Assembly (NCBI RefSeq): GCF_000009905.1
Contig: NC_006177.1
Span: 2,984,595-3,048,594, forward strand
Length of the DNA: 64,000 bases
Reading direction: 5' to 3'
Source: Symbiobacterium thermophilum IAM 14863
GTDB lineage: Bacteria > Bacillota > Sulfobacillia > Symbiobacteriales > Symbiobacteriaceae
The translations under genes and the position numbers were made by a program. This document shows positions 30,038-38,698 of the stretch, piece after piece (position 1 is the stretch's first letter; every line of letters starts with the position of its first letter). Under the pieces are notes generated by a model. That model made no database searches and had not been told where the DNA came from. It worked only from the letters and a program-made list of their open reading frames with translations.

Positions 30038-30493
30038 CTACTGACGGTTGGCCTGCATCCCGCCTCCCTGGCCGCCGGCCTGGCCGGAGGCCGTCTGCGC
30101 GGCCATCTGCGCGACCTGCGGGCCCGGGGGGAACGGGAACTGGGTCTGGTACTGCACGAACTGCTGGAAGGTGTGCTGCACCATCTGCGCGTCGGCCACG
30201 GGCAGCTTGTACCAGCCCTTCTTGAACATGAGGTTGAAAATCTGCCGCTGCATCTGGTAGCTGGCGTCGCAGTTCTGCTTGATCACGTCGAACAGCGCAT
30301 CGTGGCTGGCCTCAATCAGGGCCATGTTGTAGCCGGACGTCAGGTACTTCTCCTGCGCCAGCAGGTCCTGCATGCGGTCGCGGTCGTTCATCGACGGGTC
30401 CTTGACCTTGGGCAGGCCGGTCTGCTCCTGGTGCGCCATGATCAGGTGGCCGCCCTGCATGCTGAACTGGGGCTGCACCCCTTGCTGCTGCAT
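30038..30493 (-). CDS. Spore coat protein F (CotF) family protein
   Basis: Coat-F domain pattern (DLLAQEKYLTSGYNMALIEASHDALFDVIKQ); ATG after GGAGGGGAGAG. Confidence 0.6.
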   Translation of the reverse strand: MQQQGVQPQFSMQGGHLIMAHQEQTGLPKVKDPSMNDRDRMQDLLAQEKYLTSGYNMALIEASHDALFDVIKQNCDASYQMQRQIFNLMFKKGWYKLPVADAQMVQHTFQQFVQYQTQFPFPPGPQVAQMAAQTASGQAGGQGGGMQANRQ

Positions 30494-30506
30494 GGCTCTC
30501 CCCTCC

Positions 30507-30776
30507 TCACATGACGACGGTCGGCGCATCGGCGCCCGACACGGCGATCGTCGTGGGCTGGTTGACATGCTCGTGGAGGTGGGTGAGCAACCGCTCCAGG
30601 TTGCGCTGGTGCTGTTCGGCGATCTGGAACATCGCCTGCCGGCACTCCGCGTCCTGGGTCTCGTTGGCGTAGTGGTACGCCTTCTTGGCCGCCAACAGCT
30701 CCCAGGACATCATGTCCTTCAGGTAGGACAGGTCCTTCTCGGTGAGCGGCATCATGCCGCCCGTCTGGTACTGCAT
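30507..30776 (-). CDS. Coat-F domain small protein
   Basis: DLSYLKDMMSWELLAAKKAYHYANETQD resembles the Coat-F N-terminal helix; GAGGAGG SD. Confidence 0.5.
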   Translation of the reverse strand: MQYQTGGMMPLTEKDLSYLKDMMSWELLAAKKAYHYANETQDAECRQAMFQIAEQHQRNLERLLTHLHEHVNQPTTIAVSGADAPTVVM

Positions 30777-30854
30777 CCTGGCATCATCCTCCTCTCGACA
30801 GGGCACGCCCATAGGTTGCCCTTGTGCCGGGAGGCGCATGCCGCGTCCGACAGC

Positions 30855-31130
30855 TCAGACGCCGAGGTACTGGCCGGCCAGCCAGCCGATGCCGAGCAGG
30901 ATGAGGATGGCGACCAGCTCCACCCCGGCCCGCTCGCCCAGCTCCAGCGGGTCCCGGCTGCGGTCTCGGCCGCGCAGGACCGCCAGCGCCGGCCCGATGG
31001 TGAGCACGCTCAGCATGTAGGTCACCGTGATGGGCCACCGGAAGAGGAGCGCACCGACGACGCCGATCGCCGTCGCGCCCAGGAAACTCCAACCGACGAT
31101 GGCCAGGGTCTCGTGCAGCATGCGGTTCAT
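30855..31130 (-). CDS. Small membrane protein (3 TM)
   Basis: Hydrophobic helices; ATG 9 nt after GGAGGA. Confidence 0.4.
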   Translation of the reverse strand: MNRMLHETLAIVGWSFLGATAIGVVGALLFRWPITVTYMLSVLTIGPALAVLRGRDRSRDPLELGERAGVELVAILILLGIGWLAGQYLGV

Positions 31131-31134
31131 ACCG

Positions 31135-31491
31135 TCAGTCCTCCAGGTCGACGCCGAGTTGGCGGAGAGCCTCCTCACCCGCCGGGGTCAGGGCGAACCC
31201 GTCCGGCGTCCGCTCGATCCAGCCCGCCTCCAGCAGATGCCGGCGCAGCAGGAAACCCAGATGGGCGCCGATGTGCTTCCCGCACAGGGCCACGGGCTTG
31301 CGCCGTCCTGCCGGCAGGGGAGAGAGGTCCAGGCCGAGCCGGGCGAAGCCCCCCCACCCCTCCGGGGTCACGCCGGGGGCCGGCTCCGCCGTCACCCACC
31401 CCAGTTCCATGAGCCGACGGGCGAGGCGCTCGCCCAGCGGCCCGCCCAGATGATCATAGCACGACGTCGCGATCGCCGCGCGCTCGCTCAC
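31135..31491 (-). CDS. Winged-helix DNA-binding protein-like (ArsR/MarR-like fold)
   Basis: CYDHLGG...LMELGWV...LTPAGEEALRQLG pattern. Confidence 0.3.
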   Translation of the reverse strand: MSERAAIATSCYDHLGGPLGERLARRLMELGWVTAEPAPGVTPEGWGGFARLGLDLSPLPAGRRKPVALCGKHIGAHLGFLLRRHLLEAGWIERTPDGFALTPAGEEALRQLGVDLED

Positions 31492-31546
31492 AGCAGGCTC
31501 ACCTCGTGCCTAGTGTGGCCCGGTGAGAGCCGGGCGGCGCGCCCCG

Positions 31547-32455
31547 CTAGCGCGCCAGCGGCAGGGTCGGCGTGGCGGCGCGGTCGCTGGTGAGGACGAC
31601 CAGCAGGTTTGCCACCAGCTCAGCCTTCCGCTCCGGCGTGAGCTCCACCTTCCGGTGCTGGTCCAGCATGTCGAGGGCCATCTCCACCATGGAGACCGCG
31701 CCCTCGACAATCTTCTGCCGGGCCGCGATGATGGCCGCGGCCTGCTGCCGCTGCAGCATGGCGCCGGCGATTTCGGGGCTGTACGCCAGGTGCGAGATGC
31801 GGGCCTCGATGACCGCGATGCCGGCCATCTCCAGCCGGTCCTGCAGTTCTTTCTTCAGGGCCAGCGCAACCTCCTCCGCCGATCCCCGGAGGGACAGTTC
31901 GCCCTCGTTCAGGCCGTCATCGTAGGGGTACTGGCTGGCCAGGTGGCGGATGGCGGTCTCGGACTGGACCTCCACAAAGGCGTTGTAGTCCTCCACGCTG
32001 AACACCGCCCGGGCGGTGTCCACCACCCGCCACACCACCACCGCCGCGATCTCGATGGGGTTGCCGTTGGCGTCGTTCACCTTCAGCTGCGGCGAGGTGA
32101 AGTTGCGCACCCGCAGGCTGACCGGCCGCTTGGAGACCAGTGGATTGACGAAATACCACCCGTCGGCCTTCACGGTGCCGGTGTAGCGGCCGAACAGAAC
32201 CAGCACACGCGCCTGGTTCGGCTGCACGACGAAGAGCCCGTTGCAGCAGATGCAGGCGACCAGGAACAGCACGGCCGAGGCCGCCAGGAGGACAGGCGAC
32301 GGCCTGAGCCACGGGGCGTCAGGCAGACCCAGGGCAAACAGCCAGATGGAAAGCCCGATGAGGAGCAGCACAGTCACGAGGCCGATCCAGCCGGGCAACG
32401 CCTTCACCATACGTTCCGGGACCGCGACCACGGGTTCCTGCTCACGCGTCTGCAA
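31547..32455 (-). CDS. SPFH/band-7 (stomatin/prohibitin-like) membrane protein
   Basis: N-terminal TM pair then SPFH core and C-terminal coiled-coil. Confidence 0.75.
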   Translation of the reverse strand: MQTREQEPVVAVPERMVKALPGWIGLVTVLLLIGLSIWLFALGLPDAPWLRPSPVLLAASAVLFLVACICCNGLFVVQPNQARVLVLFGRYTGTVKADGWYFVNPLVSKRPVSLRVRNFTSPQLKVNDANGNPIEIAAVVVWRVVDTARAVFSVEDYNAFVEVQSETAIRHLASQYPYDDGLNEGELSLRGSAEEVALALKKELQDRLEMAGIAVIEARISHLAYSPEIAGAMLQRQQAAAIIAARQKIVEGAVSMVEMALDMLDQHRKVELTPERKAELVANLLVVLTSDRAATPTLPLAR

Positions 32456-32610
32456 CCCGGATCCCTCCTCTTCTTCTCATTCGGCTCCTTCAGGCTGCCA
32501 CAGCCATTGATTCGCCGCTGCGCCGCCGAATCCCGTCGCCCGCGCAAAAAACCGTCCCTCCGGCAGAGCCCGGGAGGGACGGCTCCAGCATATGCGCAGG
32601 TTCCGGCCGA

Positions 32611-33897
32611 TTAGCCGGCCGCCGCCCGGAGCGCCTGGCGGGCCGGCGCCCTGAGCAGCCCCCGCATCCGCAGCGATTCGGCGATGCGGTGGATGGCGTA
32701 CATGTAGGCCGCCGTCCGGGTGTAGGCACCGTGCCGCTCGGCCATGGCGACCACGTCGCGGAAGGAGGCCACCATGCGCTGTTCCAGCCGGGCGTTGACC
32801 TCCTCCGCCGTCCAGTAATACTGGTTCCGGTTCTGCACCCACTCAAAATACGAAACGGTCACGCCGCCTGCGTTGGCGAGGATGTCCGGGATGAGAAAAA
32901 TCTTCCGCTGCGCCAGGACGTGGTCACCGTCGGGCGTCGTCGGGCCGTTGGCCGCCTCGGCCACCACGCGGGCCCGGATGGACCTGGCCACCTCGGCGTC
33001 GATCTGGTTCTCCAGGGCCGCCGGCACCAGGATGTCGCAGTCGGCCGTCAGCACCCCGAACTGGTCGGTGGCCCGGCTGCCAGGGAAGCCGACGACGCTG
33101 CCCGTCGCCTGCTTGTACGCGATGAGGTCGGCCACGCGCATTCCGCCGGGGCAGACGATGCCGCCACGGCTGTCGCTGGCCGCGACCAGGACGGCTCCCA
33201 GCTCCTCCAGCAGCCGCGCCGCGTGCTGTCCGGCGTTGCCGAAGCCCTGCACCGCCACCCGGGCGCCCGCCACGGGCAGCCCCAGGTACGCCAGGGCCTC
33301 GCGGATGGTGATGACGGTGCCCCGGCCGGTGGCCTCCTCGCGGCCCAGCGAGCCGCCCATGGAGAGCGGCTTGCCCGTGAACACGGCCGGACAGCTGGCG
33401 CCCACGATGGTCTCGTACTCGTCGGTCATCCAGCCCATGATCTGCGCGTTGGTGTTCACGTCTGGGGCAGGAATGTCCTTGTCGGGCCCGAGGTAGGGCC
33501 AGATCGCCCGCACGTAGCCGCGGGAGAGCCGCTCCAGTTCGCCCAGGCTGAGCTTGCGCGGGTCGACGACGACGCCGCCCTTGCCGCCGCCGTAGGGGAG
33601 CCCCACCACGGACGTCTTGAACGTCATCCACATGGAGAGGGCCTTCACCTCATCGGCGGTGACCGCCGGGTGGAACCGGATGCCTCCCTTGGCGGGCCCG
33701 AGGGTCGTGAGGTGCTGGCTCCGGTACCCGGTGAACACGCGCAGGCTCCCGTCATCCATGCGCACCGGGATCTGCACCTCGATGAAATGGGCCGGCGCCT
33801 TCAGGAGCTCGAACAGCTCCTCGCTCTCGCCCAACGCCGCCACCGCGTTCCGAACCTGCTGTTGCGCAATCAGAAACGGATTTTGAGCGCCGCCCAT
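32611..33897 (-). CDS. gdhA: NAD(P)-specific glutamate dehydrogenase
   Basis: GDH signature LPYGGGKGG and Rossmann GFGNAGQHAA; ATG after GGGGGGAAAGAG. Confidence 0.9.
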   Translation of the reverse strand: MGGAQNPFLIAQQQVRNAVAALGESEELFELLKAPAHFIEVQIPVRMDDGSLRVFTGYRSQHLTTLGPAKGGIRFHPAVTADEVKALSMWMTFKTSVVGLPYGGGKGGVVVDPRKLSLGELERLSRGYVRAIWPYLGPDKDIPAPDVNTNAQIMGWMTDEYETIVGASCPAVFTGKPLSMGGSLGREEATGRGTVITIREALAYLGLPVAGARVAVQGFGNAGQHAARLLEELGAVLVAASDSRGGIVCPGGMRVADLIAYKQATGSVVGFPGSRATDQFGVLTADCDILVPAALENQIDAEVARSIRARVVAEAANGPTTPDGDHVLAQRKIFLIPDILANAGGVTVSYFEWVQNRNQYYWTAEEVNARLEQRMVASFRDVVAMAERHGAYTRTAAYMYAIHRIAESLRMRGLLRAPARQALRAAAG

Positions 33898-34070
33898 CTC
33901 TTTCCCCCCATTCGTGACGCCTCTCACTTTATGCCTTTAGGGCTTTAGTATAGCGGAGGGAAAGGGGCTGTGCCAAGACAAAAAAACGAATCAAATCGAT
34001 TTGAACAGCGAATAAGGCGAAGCCGCCTGCACACAAAGTTCCCCGCCCACCGAGGGGCGGGGGTTGATCC

Positions 34071-34250
34071 CTAGTTCTCGGAACGCCCGAACAGGAAGTA
34101 GGCGATGATCGCGATCGGCCCCAGTGCCAGCACCGCCAGGGCCCAGAGGCACCCGATGTTCTGGCCGTGCCGCCGCGTCGCGTCGTCCCAGATCCACAGG
34201 AAAATCAAGATGGAAGCGAGCCAGAGCAGCGCGACAAGGAATCCAGCCAT
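34071..34250 (-). CDS. PLDc_N-domain small membrane protein (59 aa)
   Basis: WIWDDATRR...IAYFLFGR matches the PLD-nuclease N-terminal membrane domain; GGAGGGGGAGGG SD. Upstream TTGACA-18/19-CATTAT-like promoter at about 34320-34350. Confidence 0.5.
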   Translation of the reverse strand: MAGFLVALLWLASILIFLWIWDDATRRHGQNIGCLWALAVLALGPIAIIAYFLFGRSEN

Positions 34251-34536
34251 TCCGAGGCCCTCCCCCTCCGTCGGTCCCGGCTGCCAACCCGGGCCGCCCG
34301 GGGTTGGCACCCAGTTACGATAATGGGGCAGTGGACAATAATCTGTCAAGCATTTCTGATACGACTGCACATCCGCCATGCGCAGCGGGGGAGCATGCGA
34401 TGGACAGGGCTCGGACCGGCGAAGACGAAGCCTGCAAAGATGAACCGGGCGGCCTCTGTAACGAGGCGCGCCCGGTCTGCGCATGCAGCCCGCGCCGTTT
34501 TCCGTGGCGACGGCGCGGCATCCCCGCGTGTCCATG

Positions 34537-35031
34537 CTACTCTTCCTCGGGCTTCGTCGGGTGGATGGTTCCGAACGGGTGCTCCGGCGGCGCGTAGATC
34601 ACGTAGACCTTCAGCGGCCGGTTGCCCGTGTTGGTGATGTTGTGCCACGTCCCCGCCGGGATCATCACGGCGGAGCCGGGGTACGCCATCTGCCGGAACT
34701 CCAGCCGGTCGCGGGTCGGGCCCATCTGCACCAGGCCCTGGCCCTCTTCGATCCGCACGAACTGGTCCGTCGTGGGGTGGACCTCCAGCCCGATGTCCTC
34801 GCCCACCGGGATGCTCATCAGCGTGACCTGGAAGTGCTCGCCGGTCCACAATGCGGTGCGGAAGTTGCGGTTCTGCCTGGCCGCCTGGGCGATATTCACC
34901 ACGTACGGCGTCCTCCCGCGGTCCCTGAGCGCCGGCTGTGGCTGCGGGACGCGCGGTGGACTGCCCGGCCACCAGTAGTGGGGGGGCATATACCAGGGAT
35001 ATGGATAGGCGGGTTGACCGTACACGCCCAT
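34537..35031 (-). CDS. Cupin-domain protein with Pro/Tyr/Trp-rich N-terminus
   Basis: Cupin beta-barrel motifs (G(x)5HxH-like...GxxxxxP(x)4H region) after the N-terminal YPYPWYMPPHYWWPG segment. Confidence 0.5.
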   Translation of the reverse strand: MGVYGQPAYPYPWYMPPHYWWPGSPPRVPQPQPALRDRGRTPYVVNIAQAARQNRNFRTALWTGEHFQVTLMSIPVGEDIGLEVHPTTDQFVRIEEGQGLVQMGPTRDRLEFRQMAYPGSAVMIPAGTWHNITNTGNRPLKVYVIYAPPEHPFGTIHPTKPEEE

Positions 35032-35125
35032 GCTCCTCTCCGCGGTTTACCCCTATATTATGTTCCCCGGCCCTCCGGCGCACCCCGTCCTGGGCAGCCC
35101 CGCGCAAAATGCGGCCCTGCCGGAC

Positions 35126-36085
35126 CTACGGCTCCAGCGCCGGTTCCAGGATCGTCAGCGTGCCGCCCGCCGCATCCAGCCGGGTCCGCACGCCCAGCGG
35201 CAGGGTTGCCCGGTGCGGGCCGTGACCGCAGGGAAAACCGTAGAGGACAGGGATTCCCAAAGGGCCCAGCAGTTCCGTCAGCACCTCCGGCAGCGTCAGC
35301 GAGGGCCGGTCCGGCGGCCCGTGCATGCACGTGGGCGAGTCCCCGAAGAGGATGCCGGCCGCCCCCTGGAGTTTGCCGGCCAGCAGCAGCTGGACCAGCA
35401 TCCGGTCCACCCTGTAGGGAGCCTCATCCACGTCCTCCAGCAGCACGATGCAGCCGGTGAAGTCCGGCTCCCACGGGGTGCCCAGCAGCGAGACGATCAG
35501 GGTGAGGTTACCCCCGATCAGCCGACCCTCGGCCACGCCCGACCGGATCGTCAGGGGCCGGGGCGCCCCCTCCTCCGCCGGGTCCGGCCATGGCATCTCC
35601 CCCAGCGGCCCCACCTGCTGCAGCGCCCGGCGCAGCCCAGCACCGTTGTACCCGTGCGCGCCGCCAAAGGCCGCGACCATCGGGCCGTGGAAGGTGACGA
35701 GGCCCGCCTCCCGAGCCATGGCCAGATGCAGCGCCGTGATGTCGGAGAAGCCGCAGAAGAACTTGGGGTTGCGCCGAATCAGCTCCCAGTCGATCCGCCG
35801 CAGGATCCGCATCGCCCCGTATCCGCCCCGGGCGCAGATCACCGCATCCACCGCGGGATCGGCCCACATCCGGTTGAAGTCCTCCGCCCGCCGGTCGTCG
35901 GCGCCGGCCAGGTAACCCCGCCGGTCCAGCACCGCCTCCCCGACGACGGTTCGGTACCCCCACGCCCGGAGCCGCCTCAGCCCTTCCTCCAGCGCCTCCG
36001 GCGGCACCGGTCCCGCAGGGGCCACCACGCCCACCGTCCCGCCCAGCGGCACGGGCCGGGGTCTGCGCACCGCGGCACCCGTCAT
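35126..36085 (-). CDS. ldcA: LD-carboxypeptidase (peptidase S66)
   Basis: S66 family sequence (GYLAG...FCGFSDITALH...Ser-Glu-His region). Confidence 0.75.
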   Translation of the reverse strand: MTGAAVRRPRPVPLGGTVGVVAPAGPVPPEALEEGLRRLRAWGYRTVVGEAVLDRRGYLAGADDRRAEDFNRMWADPAVDAVICARGGYGAMRILRRIDWELIRRNPKFFCGFSDITALHLAMAREAGLVTFHGPMVAAFGGAHGYNGAGLRRALQQVGPLGEMPWPDPAEEGAPRPLTIRSGVAEGRLIGGNLTLIVSLLGTPWEPDFTGCIVLLEDVDEAPYRVDRMLVQLLLAGKLQGAAGILFGDSPTCMHGPPDRPSLTLPEVLTELLGPLGIPVLYGFPCGHGPHRATLPLGVRTRLDAAGGTLTILEPALEP

Positions 36086-36151
36086 CCCGCGTCCCCTCCT
36101 CCGCTGCACGTGGGGTCACACCCGACGGACGATCTCCCGCCCGCCGGCCGC

Positions 36152-36997
36152 TCACCCGGCCTTTCGCTCATCGATGGCAAACCGGCCGTCCCGGCCGTAG
36201 ATGCCGCGATGGACGTGTTCGACGTACCGCACCGCCAGGTACGCAAGGAGGATGCTCTCGGCCAGCGCCACCGGAAGCAGGCTCAGCAGGAGCCCCGGCA
36301 GCCCGGGGATGATCCTGGCCACCAGCCAGCCTGCCGCCTCGCCGGCGACCGAGATCAGGATGAACATGAGCGCGGCCCCCACAGCCTCCCGCCAGCGTTC
36401 GGTGAGCACGCCGACGCTGTCTCCCATCGCCTCGGTGGCGGTGCCTTCCTCGACCACCAGCGCGAAATCCGCGTAGAGCACCGCGCTGATGCCCGCCAAG
36501 AGGGCCGCCAGGCCGGCGATGGGCACCAGCCAGCCCGCCAGCACGGACCCGGCCAGCACGTACACCAGACCAGCCGCCAGGGCGGCCGCCACCAGCACCA
36601 GGCCGCACAGCACCCGCACCCCGACCAGCCGGCCCGCGTACCGCCGGATGCCCCCGAGGAAATCCGACGCCTTCGGCGCGCGGCCCTCATGCACCACGGT
36701 CCACAGGATGCCCAGGATTCCGGCGGATCCCAGAAGGACGAGCACGCCGTACAGCACCAGGAGAACCCACGAACCTTTCTGCCCGAAGAATAGGGTCACG
36801 TCCGCCCCCTGACCGGCGAACTGCACGGGCAGCAGCAGGACCAGCGCGTCCGCCAGACTGACCGGAAGCAGCCCGAGCAGCGCCCCCACCAGCGCGACCG
36901 TGAGCCCCGGCACCACCGCGACCGCCAGGCACGCGAGGAACAGCCCCGGCCAGTGGCGCCGCCACACCGCGATCCCGCGCTCCAGGACATTCGCCAA
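36152..36997 (-). CDS. Polytopic membrane protein of unknown function
   Basis: Six to seven TM helices, no recognisable motif. Confidence 0.4.
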   Translation of the reverse strand: MANVLERGIAVWRRHWPGLFLACLAVAVVPGLTVALVGALLGLLPVSLADALVLLLPVQFAGQGADVTLFFGQKGSWVLLVLYGVLVLLGSAGILGILWTVVHEGRAPKASDFLGGIRRYAGRLVGVRVLCGLVLVAAALAAGLVYVLAGSVLAGWLVPIAGLAALLAGISAVLYADFALVVEEGTATEAMGDSVGVLTERWREAVGAALMFILISVAGEAAGWLVARIIPGLPGLLLSLLPVALAESILLAYLAVRYVEHVHRGIYGRDGRFAIDERKAG

Positions 36998-37191
36998 CGA
37001 ACATCACCCTTTCGGTCATACGCCTGCCTTCCGTGCGCCGTCGCACGACTCGATATTAAGAAGGAATGTTCGCTGAATGGCGAATAGTCCTCCCCTATGG
37101 GGGAATGAACGGAACCCCCCCCAGCGGCGGGAGACCGCCATTCCGGGGGCGAGATGGCCTACCCCAGTACCACAGGGGGGCTACGGCGAAG

Positions 37192-37809
37192 ATGGACCGG
37201 AAACGGAAAACCGACGCGCTGCGGCGTAAACTCGATCGGAACGCCCGCTGGTTCGACATGGGGGCGGGGTACGCCCCGTGGCGGGAGCGGCTGGTCCGTG
37301 AGGCGCGGGGCCGCGTGCTGGAGATCGGGGTGGGCACGGGTCACAACCTGCCGTTCTACCACCCGTCGGTCACCACGGAGCTGGTGGGCATCGACCTCAG
37401 CCCGGGGATGCTCGCCCGCGCCCGCAGCAAGCCCTGTCGGGTGCCGGTGACGTTGCTGGAGATGGACGCCCAGGAGATGGCGTTCCCCGACGCCAGCTTC
37501 GACACGGTGGTGGCCAGCTACGTCTTCTGCACCATCCCCGATCCGGTCCGGGCGCTGCGCGAGGCAGGCCGGGTGTGCCGGCCCGACGGGCGCATCCTGC
37601 TGCTGGAACACGTGCGCATTGACCGCCCGATCATCGGCCCGCTTATGGACCTGGCGGCCCCCCTGGTCGCGGGCATTATCGGCTGCCATATCAACCGCCG
37701 GACGGTGGAGAACGTCCGGCTGGCGGGCCTGAAGGTGGAGAAGGTGGAGCCGGTCAGGGGCGACCTGCTGAAGCTGATCCACGCCCGGCCCGGCGCCGGT
37801 TCCGCCTGA
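37192..37809 (+). CDS. Class I SAM-dependent methyltransferase
   Basis: Motif I LEIGVGTGHN, motif post-I IDLS, motif II. Confidence 0.7.
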   Translation: MDRKRKTDALRRKLDRNARWFDMGAGYAPWRERLVREARGRVLEIGVGTGHNLPFYHPSVTTELVGIDLSPGMLARARSKPCRVPVTLLEMDAQEMAFPDASFDTVVASYVFCTIPDPVRALREAGRVCRPDGRILLLEHVRIDRPIIGPLMDLAAPLVAGIIGCHINRRTVENVRLAGLKVEKVEPVRGDLLKLIHARPGAGSA

Positions 37810-37850
37810 GCGGGTCCGCCGGTCGGCGCCCCGGCTCGCCGGGGTCGCTC

Positions 37851-38633
37851 CTACCCCGGCACCAACCCGAAACAGACGCCCACCGGGTCCTGGATGGCTG
37901 CGCAGACGTACGCGCCGTCCCGGTCCCTCACTTCCTTGATCACCCTTCCGCCCTCCGCCTCGGCCCGGCGGAGGCTCTCCGCGATGTCCCCCACGGTCAG
38001 GTACAGCATCCAGACCGGCGGCAGACCGGCGTTGGGGCCGCGCGCGTGGCGGATGGTCGCCGCGCCCTGGCCGTCGCCGCCGAGCATGGCGTAGTCGGCG
38101 TACCGCCCGTCGCCGTCCTCCACCGGCACGTCCTGCACCGACCAGCCGATGACCTCCCGGTAGAAGTCGCGGGCGGCGGCTGCGTCGGAAACCGTGAGAT
38201 CGAGCCGGGCGATGCGGCCGACCGGGCCGGCGGCAGGGGGCACAGGCGGGATCGCCTCCCGGGGAATGACCGGGATGACGCCGAAGGCCGCCCCGTTCGG
38301 ATCCTGCAACACGGCCCACTGGCTGTTGCCGGCTGCGTCCTTCTGGTGCATGAGCGCGCGCCCGCCCAGGTCCAGCGCTCGGCGCACGCTGGCGGCGACG
38401 TCCGCCACCTGGATGTGCGGCATCCACTGGAGCGGCAGGTGTGCGTACTCCGGCATCCGCGGCCCCAGGCCGATGATGGGGATGCCCAGGTTGTTCATGA
38501 GATCCTCGCACCAGAGGGGATTCGGCCCCGTGCGGAGCACCCGGGCATAGAAGCGCAGCTCCCGTTCGTGTTCGGGAACGGCGATGTCGGCGCTGAAGAC
38601 CCCGCCGAGGCGCGGCGCAAACAGTGCTTCCAT
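37851..38633 (-). CDS. Tandem VOC/glyoxalase-fold protein
   Basis: Two VOC-like modules; ATG after AGGAGAAACCGG. Confidence 0.55.
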   Translation of the reverse strand: MEALFAPRLGGVFSADIAVPEHERELRFYARVLRTGPNPLWCEDLMNNLGIPIIGLGPRMPEYAHLPLQWMPHIQVADVAASVRRALDLGGRALMHQKDAAGNSQWAVLQDPNGAAFGVIPVIPREAIPPVPPAAGPVGRIARLDLTVSDAAAARDFYREVIGWSVQDVPVEDGDGRYADYAMLGGDGQGAATIRHARGPNAGLPPVWMLYLTVGDIAESLRRAEAEGGRVIKEVRDRDGAYVCAAIQDPVGVCFGLVPG

Positions 38634-38698
38634 CCGGTTTCTCCTGCTTGGGTGTGATGGGGCGAGCACGGCCGGGACCGTTCCCGGATCACGCGCGG

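Noticed and set aside
33960-34000. cre (CcpA) site at the TCAAATCGATTTGA palindrome
   Set aside because: Half-sites TCAAAT differ from the cre consensus TGWAAN...NWTTCA at the key G/C positions.
35030-36793. 587-aa plus-strand ORF
   Set aside because: Antisense to ldcA and the membrane protein gene; low-complexity.
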